A program made the position numbers and the translations under genes. From positions 1,612,001-1,676,000 of the forward strand of contig JBLDXI010000046.1 of NCBI GenBank assembly GCA_047495785.1: a DNA stretch of 64,000 nucleotides, written 5' to 3'. Position 1 is the first letter of the stretch, and each line of letters opens with the position of its first letter. The DNA is from Lepidodermella squamata. Its lineage: Eukaryota > Animalia > Gastrotricha. A model generated the notes under the pieces. The model did no database searches, had not been told where the DNA came from, and saw nothing but the letters and a program-made list of their open reading frames with translations. Of this stretch, positions 1-10,440 are shown in pieces.

Positions 1-3000
1 CAAATGGCGCTATCTGGAATAAATTGGTTTCAGTTTCTCGCATATTTTAATTCTAAATTCTAAAATATTGTTCACATTTTGCAGCCAATCAATATCACAC
101 AGTTTTACCTTGCGGTGGAGGTATCCATGGCCGCAAGCAGCAATGGACTGGGATTGTTTTTGATCTCGAACACATCTATCATTCGGCAATCGGATTTATC
201 CGGAAAGAGCTATGGAGTTGATTTCATCGCTGGTTTCATCGGCCTGTCAGTATTTTCACTTGTCCCATCTTCGGCTGTTTTTGCCTCAATTGTTCCGTCT
301 AATTCGATGACCACTGGCAGAAGTGCATGCGGTTACCTGGGGAATTTGCAGCCAGCGTGTAATGTGGCGGTGAACTTGAAAAGTACCTTCAACCTGACGA
401 TTTCGTTAACCAACGGCAACCAATTTTCGGTAACATCATTTTCCGGAAAAGTGTTAGTTCATACAGGGTACTTCATACAGTGATAATTTCATACAAAACC
501 AGTAGTAACTCGTACATTATTTCCGTGATATTTTCATGACATTTTTCTGATTTTTTCGTGACTTTCTCATACGAAAAAAAATACCAACGAAAATCGTGAT
601 AATTTCATACTTTATTCTTCTACCAACGAAAATCGTGATAGTTTCTTACTTTATTCTTCTACCAACGAAAATCGTGATAATTTCATACTTTATTTTCTCT
701 ACAACCCGAAAACAGATTTAACCGTTAATCATCATCTTTATCACCATTATTATCATCTTCACTTTCACCCTCAGGATCAACAAAGTCCAAAGGGGCCAGT
801 TCGCGAAAGTCTTCTTTCGCCTTTGGCTTCTTCTCCTTGAGTTGAGAAAGCGCATCGGAAAGCGCATCCAAGAACTCAATTGGAGTAAGCTTGTTCTGAT
901 CGAACTCGTCCCAGCGCAGTTTGATCAAGTTCGATATTTTTGCATAAAGCTTGATTCCGGAGCTAGCCGGCTTGTAGGTGTTTGCGGTGATTTGGTCGAT
1001 AACAACTCGAGAATCGTTTTCTAGCTCGAGCATAGAATTCGGAAAGCGCCAGACATTAGGGTGACTCACTCCAACCTTCGTGTTAATCTTGTTGTTGTTG
1101 CCTTCTGCAAAGTTGTTAGTGCGAAATTCCTTTCGATAAACACAAAATCTCTCCTCGGTTACAACTTTAAACCAATACGAATCGATGTACTCGAAAAATT
1201 TCTTCAAATTTTCGGATTGGTCGATAAGGGGTTGGGCGCCAAACCAGATTAAATCAAAAGCGGGTCTCGTGTGATCCATAGGCAGCAGATGAATGGCCAT
1301 TATACGGCGAACGATGCGATGAATTTCGCCTTCCACCAGAAGATAATCGGTCCATAGACCGTTCTCATGCACCCATTTCAAAACGGCTTGGCAGTAATGA
1401 AAATGACACCCTGCTATGTCGCAGAGGAAAACCAGAGCCAAGGCATTCATCATGCCAAGTTCATAGTCGCAAGTTGTTAGCGGTTGCGTGATTGATGGAA
1501 CTAGATTGAGCATCTCGCCTGAGCTAAGCTGATCGAACCATTTGGCGACGGTTTTCGGCTTCTTCGGTTGACAGCGATCGAAGTGCTGGTAAAGCGTCCG
1601 CTTGCAATTCTCGTAGCAAGGAATAGCAGTGACTAGTTTCGACCGTTCTAAACCATGATCTTCGCCAAAGTCCAACATCTTCCCGACCTTGTCGTTGTAT
1701 ACATCGTGAACAGACTTGCCTTTTTCTGTTCTGATCGCCGATTTTATCCAGTACATAACGACATAGCTCAGGCCGGCGTAGTAGTTCGGAACATCATCGT
1801 GACGACCTTCAACTCCGACGACTTCCGTCCCATCAGCATTCAAGACCAAACCAGCTTTCGAACAACGCATGCAGCGGAAACCACATCGATCATCGATCCA
1901 GTTGTAGAGGTGACCCTTGCTGAACCATACCTTGTTGCCGCGAGTACTGCCTATGAAGTAATTGGGAATCTCTTCAGGCTTTTTCTTCGCCGGAGCGGCT
2001 TGAGTAGCTTGAGTAGCAGATGAGGTAGTCGGCACCGGTGGCGGCGGAGGCGGAGCTTGCATAGCCGCAGTTGGCTGCATCCATCTCATGAACTGAGCGA
2101 ACTGTTGAAACATTGGCTGGAACATGGTTTGATCAGGGGCGGCGAGGCGGGCAGGAGTAGACGAGACGCTTGGCATGAACGAGTTGTTCATGTTGAAGGT
2201 GACATCGTTCTGTGAGAATGAAGAGACTAAGGATGAGGCCATGGGAATAGAGTCCTCGAACTCCATTGCAACTGAAGTTTGGCGGCTCATTGCCGGCGTA
2301 GAAGATGTAGACGCCGGTGTGGCATTTCCTACTATACAGCGACTTATTAGCTACAAATTTTACTCATTGGGCCGGCTATTTACCTGGATGCATCTTCGTC
2401 TTGTGAATCTTCAAGCCGCGCTCAGTGGGGCAATCCTTACCGCATACGTCGCATACGATAAACAAAGACAGTAAATGCCGTAAGATTGAGAAAAGCATGG
2501 TAGCGAGTAAGTAGCAATTAAGAGGTATTAAGCTGGATTATGGTTCCTGAGCCGCTTTATAGCTCGTTTAACACGCGTTTCATTTACATCTCCCGCCTTT
2601 TCGGTATGAAATTATCACGATTTCATGAGTTAAAATCAATAATCCTTGTTTTGTACGAAATAATCACGATTTCCACTGATATTTACGAAAAATCATTGTC
2701 CGGATTGACACTGTATGAAATAGTCACGATTTAATGTAAAAATGTATGAAATTATCACTGTATGAAATTATCACTGTTTGAAATACCCTGTATGAAGTAA
2801 CACCGATTCCATTTTCCTAATTCTGAAGCTAAATTCTCATTTGTTTTTCTGAAGTTATTCATCTGCTACAATACGACTCAATGCAGTGTCATCAAGCAAA
2901 ATGCTTTGCTTGCTACCAGCCTAGGATCCTTTGGAACACCGCTTACACTAGGCCTCGCCGCCAGCAATACTGGTTCAACTGGTGGCAATATCGACATAAA

Positions 3001-6000
3001 GGCAATCCGTTTCTTCAACTCGGGTATAGAAATATGGAACTTTAGGTAGTAAATGATGGCATGGTATCCTATTTGCAGAAATTTGCTCGCCGCCGTGTCA
3101 AAATGGAGGAGTATGTTACAGTCGAGATTTATGCTACTGCGAGCCAGGTTGGAATGGAAGTCGATGTGATAAAGGTACTAGTGTGTTTGAGAAGTCGTTT
3201 CACTGACTATCAACATCATCCACAGCTGTCTGCAACAAGCCATGTCTCAACAACGGCACCTGTACAAGCCCAGATGGCTGCACATGCATCATCACTTACA
3301 CCGGGCAGCAATGTGGTTAGTTTTAAAGGCGTTATAAATGCTTTCATACACTAGTTCAAAATATTAGAAATCGCCACGGACATTTTCACTCTTGCTGATC
3401 TGGCAAAAATGACCGATGCATCTCTAGTCGATTTTGAGGGACAGATAATCACGATTCTTCGAAGACTGACGAACATTGCCGTTAGGAATCGGACCATTGG
3501 TGAAGCGGTAACTTCATGAGTCTTCCTAAGTATTTTCTATCGTTAATTTTGCATATTGTAGACGGGAATGACTGAGAAACTCGGTGCAGTTCTTGAACGA
3601 TACCAAAAAGCTGGCGCGACAACTGAGAATCTTAGAACTCTTGTTTCCGCAATTTCTGAGATGCTAGATTCGCTAATTTATCCTGCGTCTAATTTGTATA
3701 ATCTCGATAAAAAGTTCGGCACATGCGACATTTTCGAGGGAAACATAGTTACGACCGACGATTCACCGGTCGAACTGACCCAGTCAGATGAATCAGACCT
3801 TCGAAGACTCTTCAGTGGGTTCACTAATGCTGCTATCACTGCATTCGCCATTTCCCGTACTGTCGTGAATGAGAGTCGTGAGATGACGTTCAACGGGCAA
3901 TTTTACAGCTATAAAATCGTTTCGAAAACCGTCAAAGACCTGGCTTGGCTATCAGTGAGAACTGCCATGGCCGAAGCTGTATTCCCTGCGCCGTCAAATC
4001 CAACTGATATATTCGCCAACTATCCATCCGGTTGTTCTCGACTCACATCGAATAGCAATGTTATCATTGTTGTAGGGAGCTTCATCCGCAATTCGTTTGA
4101 CGTTGGCATGCTGTACGCTTTCCCCTCGGTGACTGTTCGAATTTATTGTCAAGAGCTGTTGGAGATAACTGCAATGAATCCTACGTATCCTGTTCGAATT
4201 TCTTTCATTCCAGCAGCTCAGAAAGCAGGCGGCTTCCAGCTGAGCTCCGACAAGTCTCAATGCTACCTACCGAACGTCGAATGTTCTGTCAAGGAGAACG
4301 CTGATCAACTGGGTTCGCTCGGTAGCTTCACGGCAAGGACAGGGAAGGGCAATGTAGTTGTGGTCGTCGACAGTTCGAAGTTCGACTATTCCGTCTATAT
4401 TTCCTTAAACACCCCACCAACTCGAGTGAGGTATGATTACGTTGCGTATTCTTCCGGAAACAAGCTCACGCTTACTTCTGGTCGATCGGGTCGATCCGAA
4501 CTTGCTAAAGGTTCCTTAAATTCGGGAAGCGCGAGGATTTGCATTTCTGAAACAAGTATGAAAACCTTGACGAGTATGTTTTTTTTTTAATTTTTTTTCT
4601 GGAGTCTAGTGATTCGTGGATATGGAAGCAATGTTCCAATTTTCGTGTTCGTGCAACGTAATTTTAGTGCTTACGATAAGCCGCCAGAGGAGGCTTGCAC
4701 ATTGCAAGGAATTGAGCTCTATCAGATATCAGTTCGGAAATTTCAAGCTTTATCCAGAGCAAAACGAGATGCCTCTGCCGATGACTTGGGACTAGAGGTT
4801 ACCAACTAATCTATTAACAAAAATGGCGTTCAAAATTCCATTACTGTTAGATTGAAGCTGATTCCAGCGAGTCTAGCGTTTCTTTCAAGTCATCTTATTT
4901 CGGGGAATTCGGAGCTGACTTAGTCATAGCCCCTAATACAATTGAATTCTCGACGATTTTCGCCAATTTCGCCCAGCTGCTTGCTGATAACTACGCAGTT
5001 TTCATTTTCCAAATAATTGCGATAATTGCTTTCATCATCAGTGAACTCTTTGCTTGGAAGTTCGACAAAAGCGATCTCTTGAAATGGGCCTTTCTTCCTG
5101 TAGTCGGGCGGAAGAACTTTCACAACGTCAACTATCTGGTTTCAGTTCAGAGTGGAAAGGTCAAACGGTATGACTTGGGGCCGAAGATTTCTCTGCGAAT
5201 GGTTGGCAGCCTTTTCGACTCGGCCTGGCGGTTGTTGGAAGATGGGTTGCGCGATGACAATTTCACCGGGAAAAGACCTTCAAACTTTCAAATCAGCACC
5301 CAGCTCTCACTCGGCCGCATCGACAGCATAGATATACGCGTCACTACAAAGCTGAAGGGTGAAAAGTTTTCGATCTACATCGACCGAGTCACGATCGTAG
5401 ATGTGAAGAGCGGTTTCAAACATTTCTTCCTGGTAAAAGACACTTTAAAATGCGGCGAAATTCGAACCATACCACTAGCTGCAGAGGACGAGGTCAAAGG
5501 CTACACTTACTTGATAACAGGCCATTCCAAAGCGAGTATCACCGATTCCCATCAGTGGCTAGCATCCGTGCAACGTCCTTTGCCTAGCGATTGGACGAGA
5601 TGTGAGCGGCTTGCCTGTGTTGTTTCTGCATTGTTCATGGCTATGCTTGTAAATGCCATGTTTTACGGTCGTGAAGCAAGTGCGCCGAATGTTGGTGTTC
5701 GCATCGGCAGCTTTTTCACAATCGGATGGTTTACAATCTGGGTCAGCTTTGTTGGATGCGTCATCACATTGCCGCCGACTGCTGCAATAGCTTTCATTTT
5801 CAAACATGTGAAACGCCGGTCAGCTGAAAGGAGCGATCTCCCGACAGTTTTCAACATCAAGGTCAAAGAGCCCGAGTTCGACTACGACAAAGAGACTGGA
5901 GAATTGAAGAAGCGAAAGAAGCCTTTCCTTTTGCCATTCTTCTGTTTGTACATTGCATGGACTCGTAAGTTACTACCCTGTAATCCCGAAAACTCTTAAA

Positions 6001-8535
6001 ATTCATCTGCATAGTTGTTGGGGTATGTATTGCAATCTCCGCGATCTTGTGCATTTTCTACAGCTTGCAATGGGGCCGCGAGAAGTCTCTGCAATGGCTG
6101 TCTGGAATGTTCCTTAGCATCTTTCAAGATGTTGCCCTAATCCAGCCAATCAAAATATTGATATTAGCCGTGGTGAATGCTACCCTTCACAACATTCCTA
6201 ACGATGGCATGGAACTGGGTAGAGTTGCCTACGACCCAAGTAAAATTTTACGATGCTTTTAGTCAACAATAGTTACCTATGTCTTAATTTCAGGGAAGAA
6301 TCGCAAGAAAATCGAGCTTTTCTACAGACTGAGGAATGTTATCTCTGGCTTGGCCCATCACATGATATTCATCTTCATATTCGCGGCTGTCATCGGAACT
6401 GTGACAAATGACGCTTCAAACAAACAAATCCGTGTTTTGCGGCAGGCATTCGATACGTTTCCCACTCAGCAGGTCAGGGGCACTGTCGTGGATTACCAGG
6501 ATGTATTCAACTGGTTGCGACTTGATATAATCCCGAAGTTGTTGAGCGGAAATCAAATCGAAAGCAAATTGCGGTTTAGAACGCCCGACGCCCTGTACCG
6601 TACATTCAACCCAAATGTTGCTTTGATTAGCCCAGTTCGATTGCGGCAGCTTCGAATATGTGGAAATGATTGCCCTCTCAATGAGGCTATTGTTCCTGTA
6701 TTCCGATCCCGTTACTCAAACTTGACCGAAGGTTACAGATGCCAGCTACCCTATTCAAACGCATTTGGCTTTGGTGGGACTTCGGAAAAACGAGATTTCA
6801 GCGGAAGCTGGTCGCTGCTAAGATCCAGTGATGATAATTATAACACTTCGTACTCTTGGCGATATCGTGAATCTGATGACAGTGTATATGCTGGCTGGGA
6901 GTCGAATTACGCCTCTGGCGGTTACTTCATCGACTTGCCGAAATCAGCCTCTTCTGCTGTTGCAGTTTTAAATGAACTTGAACGCAATCGCTGGCTCGAC
7001 AACTCTACGGCTGTGTTATTCATCGATTTCACCCTGTTCAACCCGCAGACGAATTTGTTTGTTCCGGTCAAAATAACTTTCGAGGCATTGAGCGCAGGTG
7101 GCATGTCGTATCATTCACGAATGTTTCCCCTGAAGCTCTACCAGTACCAAGGAGCGAGTTCGTTAGCAGTTTTTCTCGTGCAAGGCCTTTGGGTGATCTT
7201 ACTAGCGTCTCATGTCTATCGCGTTGTGCGTGCTATCAAGAAGGAGCGAGTCTTCAAATTCTTGAAAAATGGCTGGAATATTATCGACGTGATTCAGTTG
7301 TCGTTAGGTGTCCTTTTAGTCATTCTTTTCATTGCTAAACTCGGTCTGGTCATGAGCACATTGACGAAACTGCAAAACTCACGATCAAGCTACGTGAGCC
7401 TTGACTCTGTTTCGAATCTGGATGAGCTCATCCTGTCTCTTCTCGGTATCCAATTCTTCATGGCGATGATTTTGTTTTTCCGCCACCTTGCACTCAACAA
7501 GCATTGGGCCGTTTTCTTGGCTACCCTGACGAAAGGAAGAGGCGATCTTGCGACTTTCGGAGCTGTTTTTACCCTGCTGACTTTGGTAGTTTCCGGAGTG
7601 GTCTATATTGCGATTGGCTCGCAATACTACAACTACAGCAGCTACACCCGCGCCCTAATGACTCTGATTCAGGGCGTCATTGCTCCTATCGATGTACAAT
7701 CGATCCATTCGCGTGGGTTCGTGTTCGTTCTAATGCTGTATTCCGGTGTTGTTCTCATCATAAGTGCAAACGTTTTCATCACGTTGATTCTATCAGCTCA
7801 TGGGCGAGTCCTTGAGGACGTCGAGAAGGAAACTAACTGGGACTCTGAATTGTCTGAATTCCTTTCAAGCAGCCTTGCGGGTGTCTTCAAAAAGAAGAAC
7901 GCTGCTAAGGCTATGGACACAGGAGCCGAGAAATCGGGAACTATCAAGCCTATTGGGGATGGAAATTTTGCTAAACGTGAGTTTGGTCTCAGGAATTTCC
8001 ACGCATCATTTATTTTTATGCTTGAATAGTTGAAAGCGTTGTAAACCGCTTCGATGGCTGCATCGATCGATGGACTCAAGATTCAGAAGCACGGCAGTCT
8101 GAGAAAAGTCTACGAGCCCAGCTTCTTTGGGTATCATCGCTTATGAACACCGATGACAAGACTCTCTTTCCGCCAATCAGACGTAAAAGCTGTCTTGAAT
8201 CTCGGAAAATGTCCCTGCCCTCCATAACGTTTGTGGCTAGCGTTTCTAAGACCAGTCACCCGCTCAGTAAAGTTGAGCCTACTGTCAGGAAGGATGACCA
8301 CGAAAAACAGCCTATCAAGACAAAGAAGCCACTCGTGAAAACTGACGAATTCATTCGATCGGTGATAACGAAAAAAGACAAAGGAATGGCTCGAAATTCT
8401 CAAAAGACAAAATCTACGGGAGACGAAGAATTTGTTGTTGAAGTTATGGCCCCGACTAAAATTAAGAAGGTGGTGAGATCTGAGTATCCTTCCAGCGGTA
8501 ACCGTGAGAGATTGGAGCCTACATCGGCACAATAA
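1..8535 (+). CDS. Polycystin-1-like (PKD1L/PKDREJ family) 11-TM protein, 5'-partial: L-type-lectin-like domain, 2 EGF, REJ/GAIN-like region, degenerate GPS, PLAT, polycystin channel domain
   Basis: Inferred GT-AG exons: 1-26, 85-429, 2855-3023, 3079-3174, 3226-3315, 3368-3507, 3562-4555, 4610-4797, 4851-5964, 6015-6239, 6294-7976, 8030-8535; frame is continuous. EGF exons: CSPPCQNGGVCYSRDLCYCEPGWNGSRC and CNKPCLNNGTCTSPDGCTCIITYTGQQC. PKD1 hallmarks: APNTIEF before TM1, PLAT (YLVSVQSG...SLGRIDSIDI), TRCERLACVVSALFMAMLVNAMFY, PVRLRQLR, YASGGYFIDL, LERNRWLDNSTAVLFIDFTLFNPQTNLF. Confidence 0.9.
582..696. repeat. 39-bp tandem repeat x3 in the MULE subterminal region
   Basis: Unit approximately TACCAACGAAAATCGTGATAATTTCATACTTTATTCTTC. 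Copy 2 has only 2 units, which explains the 39-bp length difference (2365 vs 2326 bp). Confidence 0.85.
725..2498 (-). CDS. MULE transposase-derived protein (~572 aa): N-terminal C2H2 zinc finger, FLYWCH-like finger, partial DDE domain
   Basis: Exon 1 2498-2384 (MLFSILRHLLSLFIVCDVCGKDCPTERGLKIHKTKMHP), 55-bp GT-AG intron, exon 2 2328-725 in frame with the 521-aa ORF. MULE motifs CDYE, GCHFHYCQA and RTNNFAEGNNNKIN are present; the DGTF first-Asp segment is not seen. Confidence 0.85.
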
Positions 8536-8592
8536 CATTTTGAGGCTTGTTCTTTCTCTTTTTTATTTGATCTGACGACAAAGTGATAAAAA

Positions 8593-9705
8593 TCACAATA
8601 AAACTGCGGTGAAGTAAGCAATGTTTGCAAGAAGAAGTAGGCAAAGTGCAAGCATGAAGAACACAGCGTCGAAAATGTTAATCATTTTCACACGGAGAGT
8701 TGAGAAGAGCGCAACTTTCTTTGCGAAGAATTTGGTTTCATTCACCAGCCTGCAAGAAATTAGGCACCACAGCGTTATGAAGACAGATGCACCGTTGTGA
8801 AAAGCCAAATAGACAACCATGTAAAGATTAGTTGAAGTTTTCGGAATGGAGGAATAGAAAACGCCTTGCAGAAAGATGAAGGCCAGGAAAACTGTCATTG
8901 CAAATGAAGATCTATCTGATAGATCAGCTGGTAGGGCCAACGTGCCCAAAATCATCGTTGCAAGGAGGAGGGTCGGCATGAAGATGAAGCCAAAGTAGTA
9001 CGAGGGCTTACGCCGCATGAAGAAATAGAAATTAACGCAGTTCATGTGATTTAGCAGCTCGGTTTCATATCGGACCAACTCCCAAACATCGGCTTCGTTT
9101 TTGAACGCACCGAAATCAACAACTTTGGTTGCATTTGAGAAGAAAACCTGTTGTTCAGAGTCCAGTCCTAAGTATCCTGATATCGTCACCCGACATTTTT
9201 GAGAATCGAATGGGAATTTTGTTAGATCTAAGGCGCAAGTTGTTTCAATGACTCCTTTCGCTGACCATTCAGCCTGCCCGGAGTTTCCCAGCAGAATGTT
9301 ACTGCTATAGTAGGAGAAAAGGTCGGAAGAGCTGCCGACTTGGTTCCAGATGTCAACTCTCGGCTTCCAGATTGAGTCTCTATCAAACCAACACTCCTTA
9401 ACTGAGTTCGTTTCATTCACCTGCCAAGAAGCGCATTCTGGCAGTTGCCACGAAAATCTGAACATAGCCTGGACAGAGAACCTTTGTGCGATATCGTCTA
9501 TGCCGAGGAAAGTGAAAGTCGAGAAGATTATCGTTAGGTTAACAGGTCCTGGGTTCGGTTTTGTGAGTCGAGTTGATAGGCAATCACACTTCGTAGCTAA
9601 ACTACTGCAAAATCCATCATTTCCGAGTGCCTGTTGGAAAATAGGTGCTGCAGCGAATAATATTACCAACAAGCGAGTAATTAGAGTCTTGAAGAGCGGA
9701 ATCAT
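8593..9705 (-). CDS. Intronless Cys-loop pentameric ligand-gated ion channel subunit (nAChR-superfamily, orphan)
   Basis: Signal peptide (ATG 9705; alternative in-frame ATG 9747), IWKPRVDIWN loop A, Cys-loop CALDLTKFPFDSQKC, pre-M1 MRRKPSYY, M2 DRSSFAMTVFLAF, IPKTS M2-M3 loop, and M4 IFDAVFF. Confidence 0.92.
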   Translation of the reverse strand: MIPLFKTLITRLLVILFAAAPIFQQALGNDGFCSSLATKCDCLSTRLTKPNPGPVNLTIIFSTFTFLGIDDIAQRFSVQAMFRFSWQLPECASWQVNETNSVKECWFDRDSIWKPRVDIWNQVGSSSDLFSYYSSNILLGNSGQAEWSAKGVIETTCALDLTKFPFDSQKCRVTISGYLGLDSEQQVFFSNATKVVDFGAFKNEADVWELVRYETELLNHMNCVNFYFFMRRKPSYYFGFIFMPTLLLATMILGTLALPADLSDRSSFAMTVFLAFIFLQGVFYSSIPKTSTNLYMVVYLAFHNGASVFITLWCLISCRLVNETKFFAKKVALFSTLRVKMINIFDAVFFMLALCLLLLANIAYFTAVLL

Positions 9706-9861
9706 GGTTAGGAAATGAGGAGGTAAAAGAACGCAAATGGCGAACATTTGGATTTCAGCCTTAACCACAGCTGGTCAAATAATGAGAGCAAACTTGAGAT
9801 TGAGATTCCAATGAGATTGACGTCATTAACGCCACACTCTTATAAGAAAGCATCAGCCGTT

Positions 9862-10440
9862 TTATTTCTCTTTATCAAACGATAGCAAAAACTGTTCAAT
9901 ATCGTGATAACCCTTTTTGGCCGCCACTTTCGCCGCAGTCCAGCCGAAGCGATCAGGGATGGCTATTGAGCCTGGGTTCTTTTCAGCAATCAGCTTCACC
10001 ACAGCCAAGTGGCCCCTCGATGCCGCGGCGATCAACGGCGTCCAGCCTTCATTATCGGGCAGGGATAGCGTTTGCGGGCAGCGGTTGGCTAGAAATTTAA
10101 CGACTTCAAGATGGCCACGCATCGCTGCTCGCCTCAACGGGGTCCAGCCGAAGTTGTCAACCTGTGTCATTTGCTTCGGGTCCTTCTCCGCCAGGTACTG
10201 AACAGCTTCGATGTGGCCCATCCACGCGCAAATGTGAAGTGCCGTAGCGCCGTTTTTATCGCCCAGAGCCAGGAATTTCGGGTACCGCTCGCCTAGAACC
10301 CATAGAATAGTCAGATCGCCCTCGTGGCAGGCTTTCCGAAGTCGCTTGAGCTGCCATTTCGGCGGGGTTTCGTCCTCCGCGGCTTTGGTAAGCGTGAAAA
10401 ACCGAGCTTGCTTCGGGTTCCAAATGATACTACCATCCAT
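9862..10440 (-). CDS. Intronless ankyrin-repeat protein (about 5 repeats)
   Basis: Repeats DKNGATALHICAWMGHIEAVQYL, DNFGWTPLRRAAMRGHLEVVKFL, DNEGWTPLIAAASRGHLAVVKLI, DRFGWTAAKVAAKKGYHDIEQFL. Confidence 0.88.
   Translation of the reverse strand: MDGSIIWNPKQARFFTLTKAAEDETPPKWQLKRLRKACHEGDLTILWVLGERYPKFLALGDKNGATALHICAWMGHIEAVQYLAEKDPKQMTQVDNFGWTPLRRAAMRGHLEVVKFLANRCPQTLSLPDNEGWTPLIAAASRGHLAVVKLIAEKNPGSIAIPDRFGWTAAKVAAKKGYHDIEQFLLSFDKEK

Larger units (their letters stand above)
445..2809 (-). mobile_element. Mutator-like (MULE) DNA transposon, copy 1, inserted in a short intron of the PKD1-like gene
   Basis: Imperfect TIRs (GGAAAAGTGTTAGTTCATACAGGGTACTTCATACAGTGATAATTTCATAC vs reverse complement of ...TATGAAGTAACACCGATTC); 8-bp TSD CATTTTCC at 437-444 and 2810-2817; near-identical second copy at 16970-19295. 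Confidence 0.93.

Noticed and set aside
582-696. 39-bp direct repeats as a CRISPR array
   Set aside because: The units are contiguous with no spacers, lie inside a transposon end, and the DNA is eukaryotic.
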